Shown one piece after another: positions 31,410-41,367 of a DNA stretch of 64,000 bases (within the stretch, counting starts at the first letter, position 1; each line of letters opens with the position of its first letter). The translations under genes and the position numbers were made by a program. The stretch is taken from assembly GCF_041984545.1 (NCBI RefSeq), contig NZ_JBHIXV010000006.1:33739-97738 (forward strand), in the 5' to 3' direction. The stretch comes from Marinobacter sp. Lineage in GTDB: Bacteria > Pseudomonadota > Gammaproteobacteria > Pseudomonadales > Oleiphilaceae. The notes beneath the pieces are model-generated. The model searched no databases and had not been told where the DNA came from. It was given only the letters and a program-made list of their open reading frames with translations.

Positions 31410-33305
31410 ATGGCGTGGGGCGAATTCAAGGATACCGCAGCGGAACGCCGGCTTTTCCAACGCCGGACGGTGGTTATGCTGGTGTGTGTCATCCTGGCGG
31501 TGGGGTTGTTGCTCACCCGCATGTACCAGCTCCAGGTTGTCGAACACGAAGTGTATACCACCCTCTCGGACAAGAACCGGGTGCAGGTGCAGTCGGTGCC
31601 ACCGCCCCGTGGCCTGGTGTACGACCGAAATGGCGTGCTGCTGGCTGAGAACCGCCCGGTGTTCAGTGTCACGCTCGTGCCTGAACGGGTGCAAGGCATG
31701 GACGAAACCCTGGCCAGGCTGGGCGAATTTCTCGCCATCTCTCCCGAGGATCTGGAACGTTTCCACCGGCGCCTGGAAGAGCCCCGTCGGCCCTTTCAGG
31801 AGATCCCCCTGCGGTACGACCTGACCGAGCAGGAAATGGCCCGGCTGGCCGTGCATCGGCATGAGCTCCCGGGCGTGGAAGTGGAAGCGGAACTGGTGCG
31901 CTACTACCCGCACAGTGAGCTGACCGCCCATGCCCTGGGCTTCGTTGGTCGCATAAATCGCGAAGAATTGCAGCGGATCGATCCGGTCAACTACGCCGGT
32001 ACCAACTACATTGGCAAGTCCGGCATTGAGCGCTTCTACGAGGAAATCCTGCACGGCAAGGTAGGCTATCAGCACGTGGAAACCAACGCCCGGGGTCGAA
32101 CTCTGCGGGTGCTGGAGAGGGAAAATCCTGTGCCTGGCGAGGATCTCCAGCTACACCTGGATCTGCGCCTCCAGCAGCGCGCCCACGAACTGCTGGACGG
32201 GCGTCGCGGCGCCATCATTGCCATCCAGCCCGACACCGGCGGGATCCTGGCCCTTGCCAGTGTGCCCGGCTTTGATGCCAACAAGTTCGTCACCGGCATC
32301 AGCGTGGATGATTATCGGGAGTTGAGCGACAGCAAGGACAAGCCCCTGTTCAACCGGGCCCTCAGAGGGCAATACCCGCCCGGCTCCACACTCAAGCCCA
32401 TGCTTGCCGTTGCCGCCCTCGACAGCGGCGCCACCACCCGCGATTACACCATCTGGGACCCTGGTCATTTCCGCCTGAACGAGGGTGGTCGGGTCTGGCG
32501 CGACTGGAAGCGAACCGGTCATGGCTGGGTGGATCTCAAGGACGCCGTTGCCGAATCCTGCGACGTTTACTTCTACGAGGTGGCCACCGAGATGGGGGTG
32601 GACACCATGTACAGCTATCTGTCCCGGTTCGGTTTCGGAGAAGACGCGGCACTGGATGTGTCCGGTGCCCTGAGCGGTCTGCTGCCGTCCAGGGAGTGGA
32701 AACGTGCGGTGCGCAATGAGCCCTGGTATCCGGGCGATTCGGTCAACCTGGGTATTGGCCAGGGATTCATGCTGGCGACGCCACTTCAACTGGCAACCGC
32801 GACCGCGTTGATCGCCAATCGGGGCGAGTGGGTGGAGCCACGGTTGTTGAAAGACATCAGGGGCGATCATCCGGTCGATGAGTTCCTGCCCGAGGAAACC
32901 CACCAGCCGCTCACCCTGAAAAACCCGAACGACTGGGAGTACGTGGTCGAATCCATGGTCGAGGTCATGCATGGCCGCAAGGGTACGGCCCGCGGCGCGG
33001 CTGCCGGAGCATCCTATCGGATGGCCGGGAAAACCGGCACGGCCCAGGTGTTCAGTCTTGCCGAGGACGAGGAGTACGACGCCGAGGAAGTCAGGGAGCG
33101 GCTGCGCGATCACGCCCTGTTTGTCGGTTTCGCCCCGGTGGATGACCCCCAGATTGCTGTTGCCGTGATTGTCGAGAATGGCGGTAGCGGCAGTGGTACT
33201 GCAGCGCCGGTAGCCAGGGCCATGTTCGATTCCTGGCTACTGGAATTCGGTAAAGAGGCCGACGCAACGCTGGTCAGCGATGTCCGGGCACGGGGAAGCG
33301 ACTGA
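31410..33305 (+). CDS. mrdA: Penicillin-binding protein 2
   Basis: YPPGSTLK (SxxK), SCD, GKTGTAQ; N-terminal TM. Confidence 0.97.
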   Translation: MAWGEFKDTAAERRLFQRRTVVMLVCVILAVGLLLTRMYQLQVVEHEVYTTLSDKNRVQVQSVPPPRGLVYDRNGVLLAENRPVFSVTLVPERVQGMDETLARLGEFLAISPEDLERFHRRLEEPRRPFQEIPLRYDLTEQEMARLAVHRHELPGVEVEAELVRYYPHSELTAHALGFVGRINREELQRIDPVNYAGTNYIGKSGIERFYEEILHGKVGYQHVETNARGRTLRVLERENPVPGEDLQLHLDLRLQQRAHELLDGRRGAIIAIQPDTGGILALASVPGFDANKFVTGISVDDYRELSDSKDKPLFNRALRGQYPPGSTLKPMLAVAALDSGATTRDYTIWDPGHFRLNEGGRVWRDWKRTGHGWVDLKDAVAESCDVYFYEVATEMGVDTMYSYLSRFGFGEDAALDVSGALSGLLPSREWKRAVRNEPWYPGDSVNLGIGQGFMLATPLQLATATALIANRGEWVEPRLLKDIRGDHPVDEFLPEETHQPLTLKNPNDWEYVVESMVEVMHGRKGTARGAAAGASYRMAGKTGTAQVFSLAEDEEYDAEEVRERLRDHALFVGFAPVDDPQIAVAVIVENGGSGSGTAAPVARAMFDSWLLEFGKEADATLVSDVRARGSD

Positions 33306-34447
33306 TGGCGTTCAAGGCAATACTGGATCCGACGGCCACGAACCCCCTGGGCAGGCAGCGAAGTCTGTGGTCGGCGCTGCACATTGATCCCATTCTGCTG
33401 GGGCTTCTGATTCTGCTGGTATCCGGTGGTCTGTTCGTGCTCTACAGCGGTGCCGATCGAAACCTGGAGGTGGTCAAGGCACAGGGTATCCGTCTCGCGG
33501 TCGCGTTTGTGGTCATGCTGGTGTTTGCGCAGCTTGATCCCTCGGTATTCCGCCGCTGGGCGCCCTGGCTCTACGGTGTGGGCCTATTGGCGTTGGTCGC
33601 GGTGCTGCTGGTGGGTGTGGGTGCAAAAGGGGCCCAGCGTTGGCTGGCCGTTCCGGGTTTGCCGAGGTTCCAGCCTTCGGAACTGATGAAACTGGTGGTG
33701 CCGATGATGGCCGCCTGGTACCTGTCCCGGCACTTCCTGCCACCAAGGCTCCGGCAGGTGGCCGTCGGGCTCGCCATTGTCCTGGTGCCGATGGTGATGA
33801 TCATCCAGCAGCCGGACCTGGGCACCTCATTGCTGGTGGGTATGGCCGGCCTGTTTGTGGTGTTCTTTGCTGGCATCAGCTGGAAGCTGATCGCCGCGTT
33901 CGTCGCCATGGTGTCGGTGTCGGCGCCACTGATGTGGTTCTTCGTCATGCGTGACTACCAGAAGCAGCGGGTATTGACGTTGCTCGACCCCCAGAGCGAC
34001 CCTCTCGGAGCCGGCTGGAATATTATCCAGTCCAAGACCGCCATTGGCTCCGGCGGAGTTGATGGCAAGGGCTGGCTGCAGGGCACCCAGTCCCATCTGG
34101 AATTCCTGCCCGAGAGCCACACCGATTTCATTGTGGCGGTGCTGGCCGAAGAGTTCGGCTTTATCGGTATGCTGGTCCTGATGTCTGTGTATTTCCTGAT
34201 CATTGTGCGCTGCCTCTACATTGCCTCAACCGCGCAGGATTCATTCAGTCGCCTGCTCGCGGGCGCCCTGACCATGACCTTCTTTATCTACATCTTCGTG
34301 AACGTGGGCATGGTGAGCGGCCTGCTCCCGGTGGTTGGTGTGCCCTTGCCGCTGATCAGTTACGGGGGCACCTCCAGCGTCACCTTGATGGCGGCGTTCG
34401 GGGTTCTCATGTCGATCCACACCCACCGAAGAATGATCAGTGCGTGA
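33305..34447 (+). CDS. rodA: Rod shape-determining SEDS protein RodA
   Basis: GAQRW, QPSELMK, QPDLGT, FLPESHTDF, PLISYGGTS. Confidence 0.98.
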   Translation: MAFKAILDPTATNPLGRQRSLWSALHIDPILLGLLILLVSGGLFVLYSGADRNLEVVKAQGIRLAVAFVVMLVFAQLDPSVFRRWAPWLYGVGLLALVAVLLVGVGAKGAQRWLAVPGLPRFQPSELMKLVVPMMAAWYLSRHFLPPRLRQVAVGLAIVLVPMVMIIQQPDLGTSLLVGMAGLFVVFFAGISWKLIAAFVAMVSVSAPLMWFFVMRDYQKQRVLTLLDPQSDPLGAGWNIIQSKTAIGSGGVDGKGWLQGTQSHLEFLPESHTDFIVAVLAEEFGFIGMLVLMSVYFLIIVRCLYIASTAQDSFSRLLAGALTMTFFIYIFVNVGMVSGLLPVVGVPLPLISYGGTSSVTLMAAFGVLMSIHTHRRMISA

Positions 34448-34606
34448 CGAGTCGGGGTTGCCCGATGCCCTTGGGCGTGTGTAGCCCGTGGAAGTATGGA
34501 GGCCGGGTAATGGAGATTCGCCGAAGGAACCCGTTACAATGACGAAGGCAAGACCCACAAATGAAAACGATGGTCGATATCGCGTGTGTATGAGGATCTC
34601 CGGACT

Positions 34607-35500
34607 GTGAACAGCCTGTCTTTCCCGAACGTCCTGCTGGCGCTGCTCGCGGCCATTCTGCTTGTCGGTTGCGCTTCCGCGCCGCAAACGGACCATTCCT
34701 CCCGCTACACTATTGCGCAGGATCGGGCACCGTCCGGCAGCTTTGATGTCTCGGGGCTCGACGACGCTGTGCCGAAGTACGAGGCCCCCCGCCGGGCCGG
34801 AAACAAGTCGCCATACACGGTCTGGGGCAAGGAATACCGGGTACTTGCCAGCAACGATGGCTACGTGGCGCGGGGCACTGCGAGCTGGTACGGCGAGAAG
34901 TTCCACGGCCATAAGACATCCAACGGCGAAACCTTCGATATGTACGCCATGACTGCCGCCCATAAATCCCTGCGCATTCCCGGATATGCCCGGGTAACCA
35001 ATCTCGACAACGGACGGTCGGTGATCGTGCGGGTGAATGACCGGGGGCCGTTCCACAGCGATCGGATCATTGATCTTTCCTACGCGGCGGCCAAAAAACT
35101 CGGGTATCAGGCACGTGGTACCGCGAGGGTGGAAGTGGCGGCCATTACCGTCAAGTCGGACGGTTCGATGTTTCTTGCCGGCAAGCCTTTTGTCCCCGGA
35201 GATACCGCGATGTACGCGGAAAACCCGGTGCGAGCCAGCGGCGACATCGCCATGGAAAACCGGGCTCTGTTTGTCCAGCTCGGCTCTTTCAGCAGCCGTG
35301 ATCCGGCGGAAAAACTTCTCAGCCAGGTTCGCTCGGTACTGGAGAATCCTATGCGGGTGCGGGCTGTTGATACGGCTGAGGGGCGGTTCCATCGCGTGCA
35401 GGTGGGGCCGTTCAGCGACGAGCACAGCGCGCGGCAAACCCAGAGCGTGCTGGAAGCCCGAGGGTTCGACAGGTCAATCCTGCTGACCGATACCCATTAA
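34607..35500 (+). CDS. rlpA: Septal ring lytic transglycosylase RlpA lipoprotein
   Basis: Lipobox LLVGC, ASWYG..FHG.KTSNGE, VRVNDRGPF, C-terminal SPOR domain. Start uncertain (34586 or 34607). Confidence 0.95.
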   Translation: MNSLSFPNVLLALLAAILLVGCASAPQTDHSSRYTIAQDRAPSGSFDVSGLDDAVPKYEAPRRAGNKSPYTVWGKEYRVLASNDGYVARGTASWYGEKFHGHKTSNGETFDMYAMTAAHKSLRIPGYARVTNLDNGRSVIVRVNDRGPFHSDRIIDLSYAAAKKLGYQARGTARVEVAAITVKSDGSMFLAGKPFVPGDTAMYAENPVRASGDIAMENRALFVQLGSFSSRDPAEKLLSQVRSVLENPMRVRAVDTAEGRFHRVQVGPFSDEHSARQTQSVLEARGFDRSILLTDTH

Positions 35501-35566
35501 AAACGTGTCGGGCGGAGAACCCGGCCATAAACCAGAAAATACACCTAACGACGAATGAATGGACCC

Positions 35567-36733
35567 ATGGCTTTGAATCCTGTTTTCAGAAACCTGACTC
35601 TCGTGTTTGCGCTCATGCTCGCCCTGGTGGGAAAGGCAGTGGCCCAGTCGGTGCTGATCCCGTCGCCACCCCAGATTGCCGGCAGTTCCTACGTGCTGAT
35701 GGATCCGAAGAGCGGACGCATCATCATGGAGGAGAACAGCCATGAGCGGCTGCCGCCGGCCAGTCTGACCAAGATGATGACTGCCTACATTGTCGAGCGC
35801 GAGCTCGATGAAGGCCGTATCTCCATGAGCGATATGGTGCCCATCAGCGTAAACGCCTGGAAAACGGAGGGGTCGCGGACATTCGTGCGGGAAGGCACCG
35901 AGGTATCCGTGGAAGATCTGCTGAGAGGCGTGATCATCCAGTCCGGTAACGACGCCTCAGTGGCGTTGGCAGAGTTTGTGGCCGGCAGTGAAGGGGCGTT
36001 TGTGGATATCATGAATCAGCAGGCGCAGATTCTTGGCATGAAGGATACCCACTTCGAGAACGCCACGGGGCTGCCGTCACCGGATCATTTCTCGACCGCC
36101 TACGATCTCGCCTTGCTGGCCCGGGCGATCATCAACGACTATCCCGAGAACTACCCGCTGTACGCCGAGAAACATTTCACCTACAACAACATTCGCCAGC
36201 CCAACCGCAACAGCCTGCTGTGGCGGGACGACAGTGTGGATGGCCTGAAAACCGGCCACACCGAAGAGGCGGGCTATTGTCTGGTGGCCTCGGCCAAGCG
36301 TCAGGACACCCGGTTTATCGCCGTGGTGATGGGCACCAGCAGTCCCGAGGCACGGTCCCAGGAAGTACAGAAAATGCTCAACTACGGTTTCCGTTACTAT
36401 GAGAGCGAGCATCTGTTCCGGGCAGGGCAGGAACTGATGACCGCCCGGGTCTGGGGTGGCCAGTCAGAGCAGATCTCCGTGGGCATGACAGACGATGTGT
36501 TCGTCACTATTCCCCGGGGCTCCAGAAACAGCCTCGAATCGACCGTTGAGCTTGATTCCGTGATCAAGGCACCCATAAAGGTGGGAGACGAGCTTGGGCA
36601 GGTGAAAGTATCGTTCAACGGCGAAGTGCTGGTGGACCAGCCGGTACTGGCACTGACCGACGTTCCCGAGGGCGGGTTCTTCAAGCGCCTGTGGGACGCC
36701 ATCAAGCTCTTTTTCGTTCAGTTGTTTCAATAG
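35567..36733 (+). CDS. dacA: D-alanyl-D-alanine carboxypeptidase (PBP5/6)
   Basis: PASLTK, SGN, GLKTGHT. Confidence 0.93.
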   Translation: MALNPVFRNLTLVFALMLALVGKAVAQSVLIPSPPQIAGSSYVLMDPKSGRIIMEENSHERLPPASLTKMMTAYIVERELDEGRISMSDMVPISVNAWKTEGSRTFVREGTEVSVEDLLRGVIIQSGNDASVALAEFVAGSEGAFVDIMNQQAQILGMKDTHFENATGLPSPDHFSTAYDLALLARAIINDYPENYPLYAEKHFTYNNIRQPNRNSLLWRDDSVDGLKTGHTEEAGYCLVASAKRQDTRFIAVVMGTSSPEARSQEVQKMLNYGFRYYESEHLFRAGQELMTARVWGGQSEQISVGMTDDVFVTIPRGSRNSLESTVELDSVIKAPIKVGDELGQVKVSFNGEVLVDQPVLALTDVPEGGFFKRLWDAIKLFFVQLFQ

Positions 36734-36763
36734 GGTGACGTGAATCCCCGGGAGTCCTGCGGC

Positions 36764-37033
36764 ATGAGCCAGCCGAAAGCGCCAAAAATCGAATTTCCCT
36801 GTGACTACGTGATCAAGGTGATCGGCAATGCCGCGCCGGACTTCACCGAGTTCGTCGTGGAAGTTGTGGAGCAGCACGCACCCGGCATCAGCGAAACCGA
36901 CATAACGGTCAACCAGAGCAGTAAAGGGCGCTTCTCTTCGGTCCAGCTCAGAATTGTTGCCACCGGCGAAGACCAGTTGAAAGCCTTGTTTGAGGACCTC
37001 AAGGCCAGTGGCCGGGTCCACATGGTGCTCTGA
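36764..37033 (+). CDS. ybeD: YbeD/UPF0250 family protein
   Basis: [26 protein letters not shown]; between dacA and lipB. Confidence 0.92.
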   Translation: MSQPKAPKIEFPCDYVIKVIGNAAPDFTEFVVEVVEQHAPGISETDITVNQSSKGRFSSVQLRIVATGEDQLKALFEDLKASGRVHMVL

Positions 37034-37038
37034 ACGCC

Positions 37039-37677
37039 ATGGCAAAACTGATTGTCCGGTCACTGGGCGAGCAGCCCTATCAAGAAACCTGGGAGGCCAT
37101 GAGTTCGTTCACGGCAGAGCGGAATGATTCGGTCGCCGACGAGCTCTGGTGCCTGCAGCACCCGAGGGTCTACACCCAGGGCCAGGCCGGCAAGGCCGAG
37201 CACATTCTGGCGCCGGGCGATATCCCCGTTATCCAGGTGGATCGTGGTGGGCAGGTGACCTATCACGGCCCCGGACAGCTCGTGGTATACCTGATGATCA
37301 ACCTGCCACGGCGCAAGATGGGCGTGCGTACCCTGGTGGACCAGATCGAGCAGGGCATTGTTCGCACACTGGCAGGCCTCGGAGTCGAGGCGGCGCCACG
37401 GCCGGATGCTCCGGGCGTGTACGTGGACGGCTCCAAGATTGCCTCCCTGGGGTTACGGGTTCGTCGCGGCTGTTCGTTCCATGGCCTGGCTCTGAACGTG
37501 GACATGGACATGGAGCCGTTCCAGCGCATCAACCCCTGCGGCTACGCCGGAATGGCCATGTGCCAGGTGCGGGATTTTGTGCCCGGTACGACCGTCGCGG
37601 ACGTTCAGGAGAGATTGGCGGCCGAGCTGGTGGCCGGTCTTGGCGAGTCTGACGTCGAATTCCGGAACGGCTGGTAA
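37039..37677 (+). CDS. lipB: Octanoyltransferase LipB
   Basis: [33 protein letters not shown]. Confidence 0.98.
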   Translation: MAKLIVRSLGEQPYQETWEAMSSFTAERNDSVADELWCLQHPRVYTQGQAGKAEHILAPGDIPVIQVDRGGQVTYHGPGQLVVYLMINLPRRKMGVRTLVDQIEQGIVRTLAGLGVEAAPRPDAPGVYVDGSKIASLGLRVRRGCSFHGLALNVDMDMEPFQRINPCGYAGMAMCQVRDFVPGTTVADVQERLAAELVAGLGESDVEFRNGW

Positions 37678-37678
37678 A

Positions 37679-38770
37679 TCAGGCGGCGACAGTCTCCTCG
37701 TCGCCGCAGGCCCGATTGCGGCCCCGGGATTTCGCCCGGTAGAGAGCCTCATCACAACGCTGTAGCAGGCGGTCGATGGATTCGGCGCGCCTGATTGAGG
37801 CGACGCCCACGCTCAGTGTGGCCTGAATCGGGCCCTGTTCAGTGGCCACTGTCTTGCGGGCAAAAGCCTCCCGGATGCGATTGGCGGAGTTCAGCGCATC
37901 CGCCGGGCCAGTCTCTGGCAGCACCACCAGATATTCCTCACCGCCCCAGCGAGCCACTGTATCCACCCGGCGGCATTCCTCCCGCAGCGTGTTTGCCACC
38001 TGCACAATCAGCTCATCGCCAATGTGGTGGCCATGGTTGTCGTTGACACTTTTGAACAGATCAATATCCAGCAGCAGCACCGAAAACGTCCGGTCATGGC
38101 GGAGGTAGCGCTGGTACTCGGCCTCGAGCTGCTCCAGGGCTTCCCGACGGTTGGCAAGCCCGGTAAGTGCGTCATGCTTGGCGGCGTACTCGAACTCCGC
38201 CGCCAGTTTCAGCAGGCCCAGTTTGCTTCGCCGGCGGCTTTGATCAAGTATGTAGCAGGTCACCATCTCGAAACCCAATACGGCGATCATGGTCAGGCGG
38301 AAGCTGGTGCTGTAGGGCGGCGAGAACAGCAGCTCACCCAGGGGGCTGAACAGCAGGATAACGGCAGCGAAACCCCCGCCGCAGGCGATCACGCCAATAC
38401 GCGATTCGCTGATGTAGAAAATGATCGGAGGGTAGGCAAACAGCCAGATGATGGCCGAACCGTCTTCCACCGCATGCACCGCCAGGTAGGTGAAGAGGAC
38501 GGTGATGATGGTGATGAATCCCCGCCGCTGCAGGGTGCGATGCCCCGAGATCCAGTACACAATCGAGTTGACGGCCAGCAGCGCCGCGAAGCCCACCAGC
38601 AATGGAGGCACCACGGGGTCCTCGCGGAAGCTCGAACGCCAGGCGAAGAAGCATAAGAGAGGCACGGCGACCATGGTCAGCCAGTTGATCAGGACCGGTA
38701 CCGGGATTTCGCCCTTGACCCGGAACTGGGACAGTTCGGTGTCCGGCGTTTTGCGCGCAGCAGTCGACAT
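37679..38770 (-). CDS. Membrane diguanylate cyclase, probably active
   Basis: DIDLFKSVND.HGH.IGD, RRVD I-site, RWGGEEY. Confidence 0.93.
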   Translation of the reverse strand: MSTAARKTPDTELSQFRVKGEIPVPVLINWLTMVAVPLLCFFAWRSSFREDPVVPPLLVGFAALLAVNSIVYWISGHRTLQRRGFITIITVLFTYLAVHAVEDGSAIIWLFAYPPIIFYISESRIGVIACGGGFAAVILLFSPLGELLFSPPYSTSFRLTMIAVLGFEMVTCYILDQSRRRSKLGLLKLAAEFEYAAKHDALTGLANRREALEQLEAEYQRYLRHDRTFSVLLLDIDLFKSVNDNHGHHIGDELIVQVANTLREECRRVDTVARWGGEEYLVVLPETGPADALNSANRIREAFARKTVATEQGPIQATLSVGVASIRRAESIDRLLQRCDEALYRAKSRGRNRACGDEETVAA

Positions 38771-39020
38771 GTTCGGATCTTGTTCTTGTGATAGCCGTTT
38801 TTTGACCTTATGAATACTGGAATACTAGACCGGAACAGGGGCCAAAACTGTGTCGAATCGTAAACAATCGTTTGCTTTGGTCGACATGGCCCGAATTGGC
38901 CGGACATTGGCCCAAGGGCCGGAGATCGATGGTCTGCCCGGTTAGGTCAGCCTCGCGTTACATCCGTATAATGGGGTAGGCGCCAGAGCTGGTGAAATTC
39001 TCCGATCCAAACAGGTCACT

Positions 39021-40466
39021 ATGTCTTCCAGACGTTCAGGAAAATCGGTAGCCCGCATCAAGACAGGCAGTTTCGAACGCCGACTGAGCCTCACCCGTGC
39101 GGGCCTGTTCGCCGGCACCCGCATGGCATCCCACATGGCCACCAACTGGTTCAGCAGTCGCGAAAACCGCGAGAAACGCCATCGGGCCATGCTCTCGAGC
39201 CAGGCCCGTTTCCTGGTGGATGAGCTCGGACAACTCAAGGGCAGTGTGGTCAAGATCGGTCAGGTCATGGCCTTGTACGGCGAGCATTTCCTGCCTGAGG
39301 AAGTCACCGAGGCCCTGCACACACTGGAAGACCAGACCACCTCCCTTGAGTGGCCGGCCATCGAGCGGGTACTCAAAAGCGAGCTGGGTGCCGACCGCCT
39401 GGCCCAGCTGGAAGTAGAGCCGGAGCCGATCGGGGCGGCATCTCTGGGGCAGGTGCATCGCGCCTGGCGTCGAAGTGACGGTCTTGAGCTGGTGCTCAAG
39501 GTTCAGTACCCCGGCGTGGCCGATGCGGTGGACAGCGACCTGAACGCGGTGGCGCAGCTGTTGCGGGTAGCGAGGCTGGTCAGCTTCGGCCCCGAGTTCA
39601 ATGACTGGCTCGAGGAAGTCCGCGAAATGATGCACCGGGAGGTGGATTACCGGCTCGAGGCCAAGACCACCGAGAAGTTCCGGCAGATGCTGGCCTCGGA
39701 TCCCAGGTTTATCGTACCCAGGGTGCTGCCCGAGTACTCGACGGCCCATGTCATTGCCTCAACCTACGAGCATGGACACTCGGTCAGTTCCCAGGCCGTG
39801 AGAGAGCTGCCTCTGGCGCGTCGCAGTGCCCTCGGGGAGGCGGCTCTGGAACTGTTCTTCCGGGAGCTGTTCGTCTGGGGCGAGATCCAGACCGATCCCA
39901 ACTTCGGTAATTACCGCATTCGGATTGCCGGAGAGGAGGGTGAGGACCCCGGCTATGATCGCATCGTGCTGCTCGATTTCGGGGCGGTGCAGTCCTACTC
40001 TGACCAGTTCCTGCAGCCGGTGATCCAGATGATCCGGGCGTCCTATGAGAACGACCTGCAGGGTGTGATCGACGGCGGTGTCAAGCTGCGCTTCATGAGC
40101 CGGGACTGGCCTGACGATGTCCTGGAGAAGTTCGGAGCGGTGTGCATGTCGGTACTGGAGCCGCTGTCGTCGGACCGGTCGGCCTGGCCCGATTACGCGG
40201 TGAACAGTCACGGTGAGTACCGCTGGAAACAGAGCGATCTGCCGTCCAGGGTGGCGCGTCACGCTGCTCGTTCCGCGATCAGCCGCTATTTCCGGGTGCC
40301 GCCAAAGGAATTCGTGTTCCTGAATCGCAAGCTGATCGGCGTGTACACGTTCGTGGCGGTCTTGCATTCCGAGTTCAATGGCGAGCCACTGCTGCGAAAA
40401 TACCTCTACGGCGAGGGCGACGATGCGCCGGATGCCTCGGCAACCAGCCAGAGTACGAAGGCGTAG
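39021..40466 (+). CDS. ABC1/UbiB (COQ8-like) atypical kinase
   Basis: KIGQ, GAASLGQVH, LKVQYPG, QTDPNFGN, LLDFG. Confidence 0.93.
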   Translation: MSSRRSGKSVARIKTGSFERRLSLTRAGLFAGTRMASHMATNWFSSRENREKRHRAMLSSQARFLVDELGQLKGSVVKIGQVMALYGEHFLPEEVTEALHTLEDQTTSLEWPAIERVLKSELGADRLAQLEVEPEPIGAASLGQVHRAWRRSDGLELVLKVQYPGVADAVDSDLNAVAQLLRVARLVSFGPEFNDWLEEVREMMHREVDYRLEAKTTEKFRQMLASDPRFIVPRVLPEYSTAHVIASTYEHGHSVSSQAVRELPLARRSALGEAALELFFRELFVWGEIQTDPNFGNYRIRIAGEEGEDPGYDRIVLLDFGAVQSYSDQFLQPVIQMIRASYENDLQGVIDGGVKLRFMSRDWPDDVLEKFGAVCMSVLEPLSSDRSAWPDYAVNSHGEYRWKQSDLPSRVARHAARSAISRYFRVPPKEFVFLNRKLIGVYTFVAVLHSEFNGEPLLRKYLYGEGDDAPDASATSQSTKA

Positions 40467-40849
40467 CGAGCCCCCTTGCCAATACCCACCAGAATGACAA
40501 AGTTCAGCCAGGGTACGCGCATGATTCCACCCACTAGGGTCAGCGCGTCGCCGCCCAGGGGCAGCCACCCCATCAGCAGTGACCACTGGCCGTAACGGTT
40601 AAACCGGTTCCGCGCCTTGTGCAGCTGCAGCTCGCTGATCGGAAACCAGCGTTTGTGTTTGAAGCGATCCACCTGTCTGCCGATGATGCCGTTAACCACA
40701 GAGCCCAGTGTGTTGCCGAGCGTTGCCCAGAACCAGAGCCACCACCAGGAAAAACCCTGGGTAACCAGGGTGCCAAGCAGGACTTCCGAATAGGCAGGCA
40801 GCAGTGTGGCGGCAGCAAACGCGGTCAGGAATAACGTCAGGTATGCCAC
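40406..40849 (-). CDS. YqaA family (DedA/SNARE-associated) membrane protein
   Basis: AATLLPAYSE, ATLGNTLGS, WLPLGGDAL, GKGARY; GGAGGA RBS before GTG. Confidence 0.9.
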   Translation of the reverse strand: MAYLTLFLTAFAAATLLPAYSEVLLGTLVTQGFSWWWLWFWATLGNTLGSVVNGIIGRQVDRFKHKRWFPISELQLHKARNRFNRYGQWSLLMGWLPLGGDALTLVGGIMRVPWLNFVILVGIGKGARYAFVLWLVAEASGASSPSP

Positions 40850-41003
40850 CGCTTCCTCCGTTCACGCAATGAATGGCGCCAAAGCCTCATGGCTGGCCGC
40901 TATGGTGTCGATTCAAAGCCTTAATTTTCAAATAACCGGCTCCGTGTCATCATTCCAACAGATTTACGCGTTACATTCACCGCCAATTCTTGCGGAGGGC
41001 TTT

Positions 41004-41258
41004 ATGGAGCAGGTGACCATCTACGGCCGTTCGAGTTGTGGCTTCTGTGTGCGGGCGAAGCACCTGTGTGAGGCCAGGAACATTCCCTATGTCTGGATTG
41101 ATATGGTTGAGAAGGGCATGAGCAAGCAGGACATTGCGAACGAGATTGGCCGGCCGGTCCACACCGTGCCACAGATTCTGGTGGGCAGGGACTACGTGGG
41201 CGGTTTTGACCAGTTCTATGCCTGGGTCCGCGATCATGAGACGGAACTGACGCGCTAG
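41004..41258 (+). CDS. grxA: Glutaredoxin (GrxA-type)
   Basis: CGFC, TVPQI, YVGGFD. Confidence 0.9.
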   Translation: MEQVTIYGRSSCGFCVRAKHLCEARNIPYVWIDMVEKGMSKQDIANEIGRPVHTVPQILVGRDYVGGFDQFYAWVRDHETELTR

Positions 41259-41367
41259 CGGCTATACAGTCCGAAGCGACTCAGGAAACGGGCCCGGCGT
41301 AAACTCCGCCAGGCCCTGATCGACTCATCTTTCCGAAAACTCGGCCCCCGGGTTTGGGGTGAGTGCC

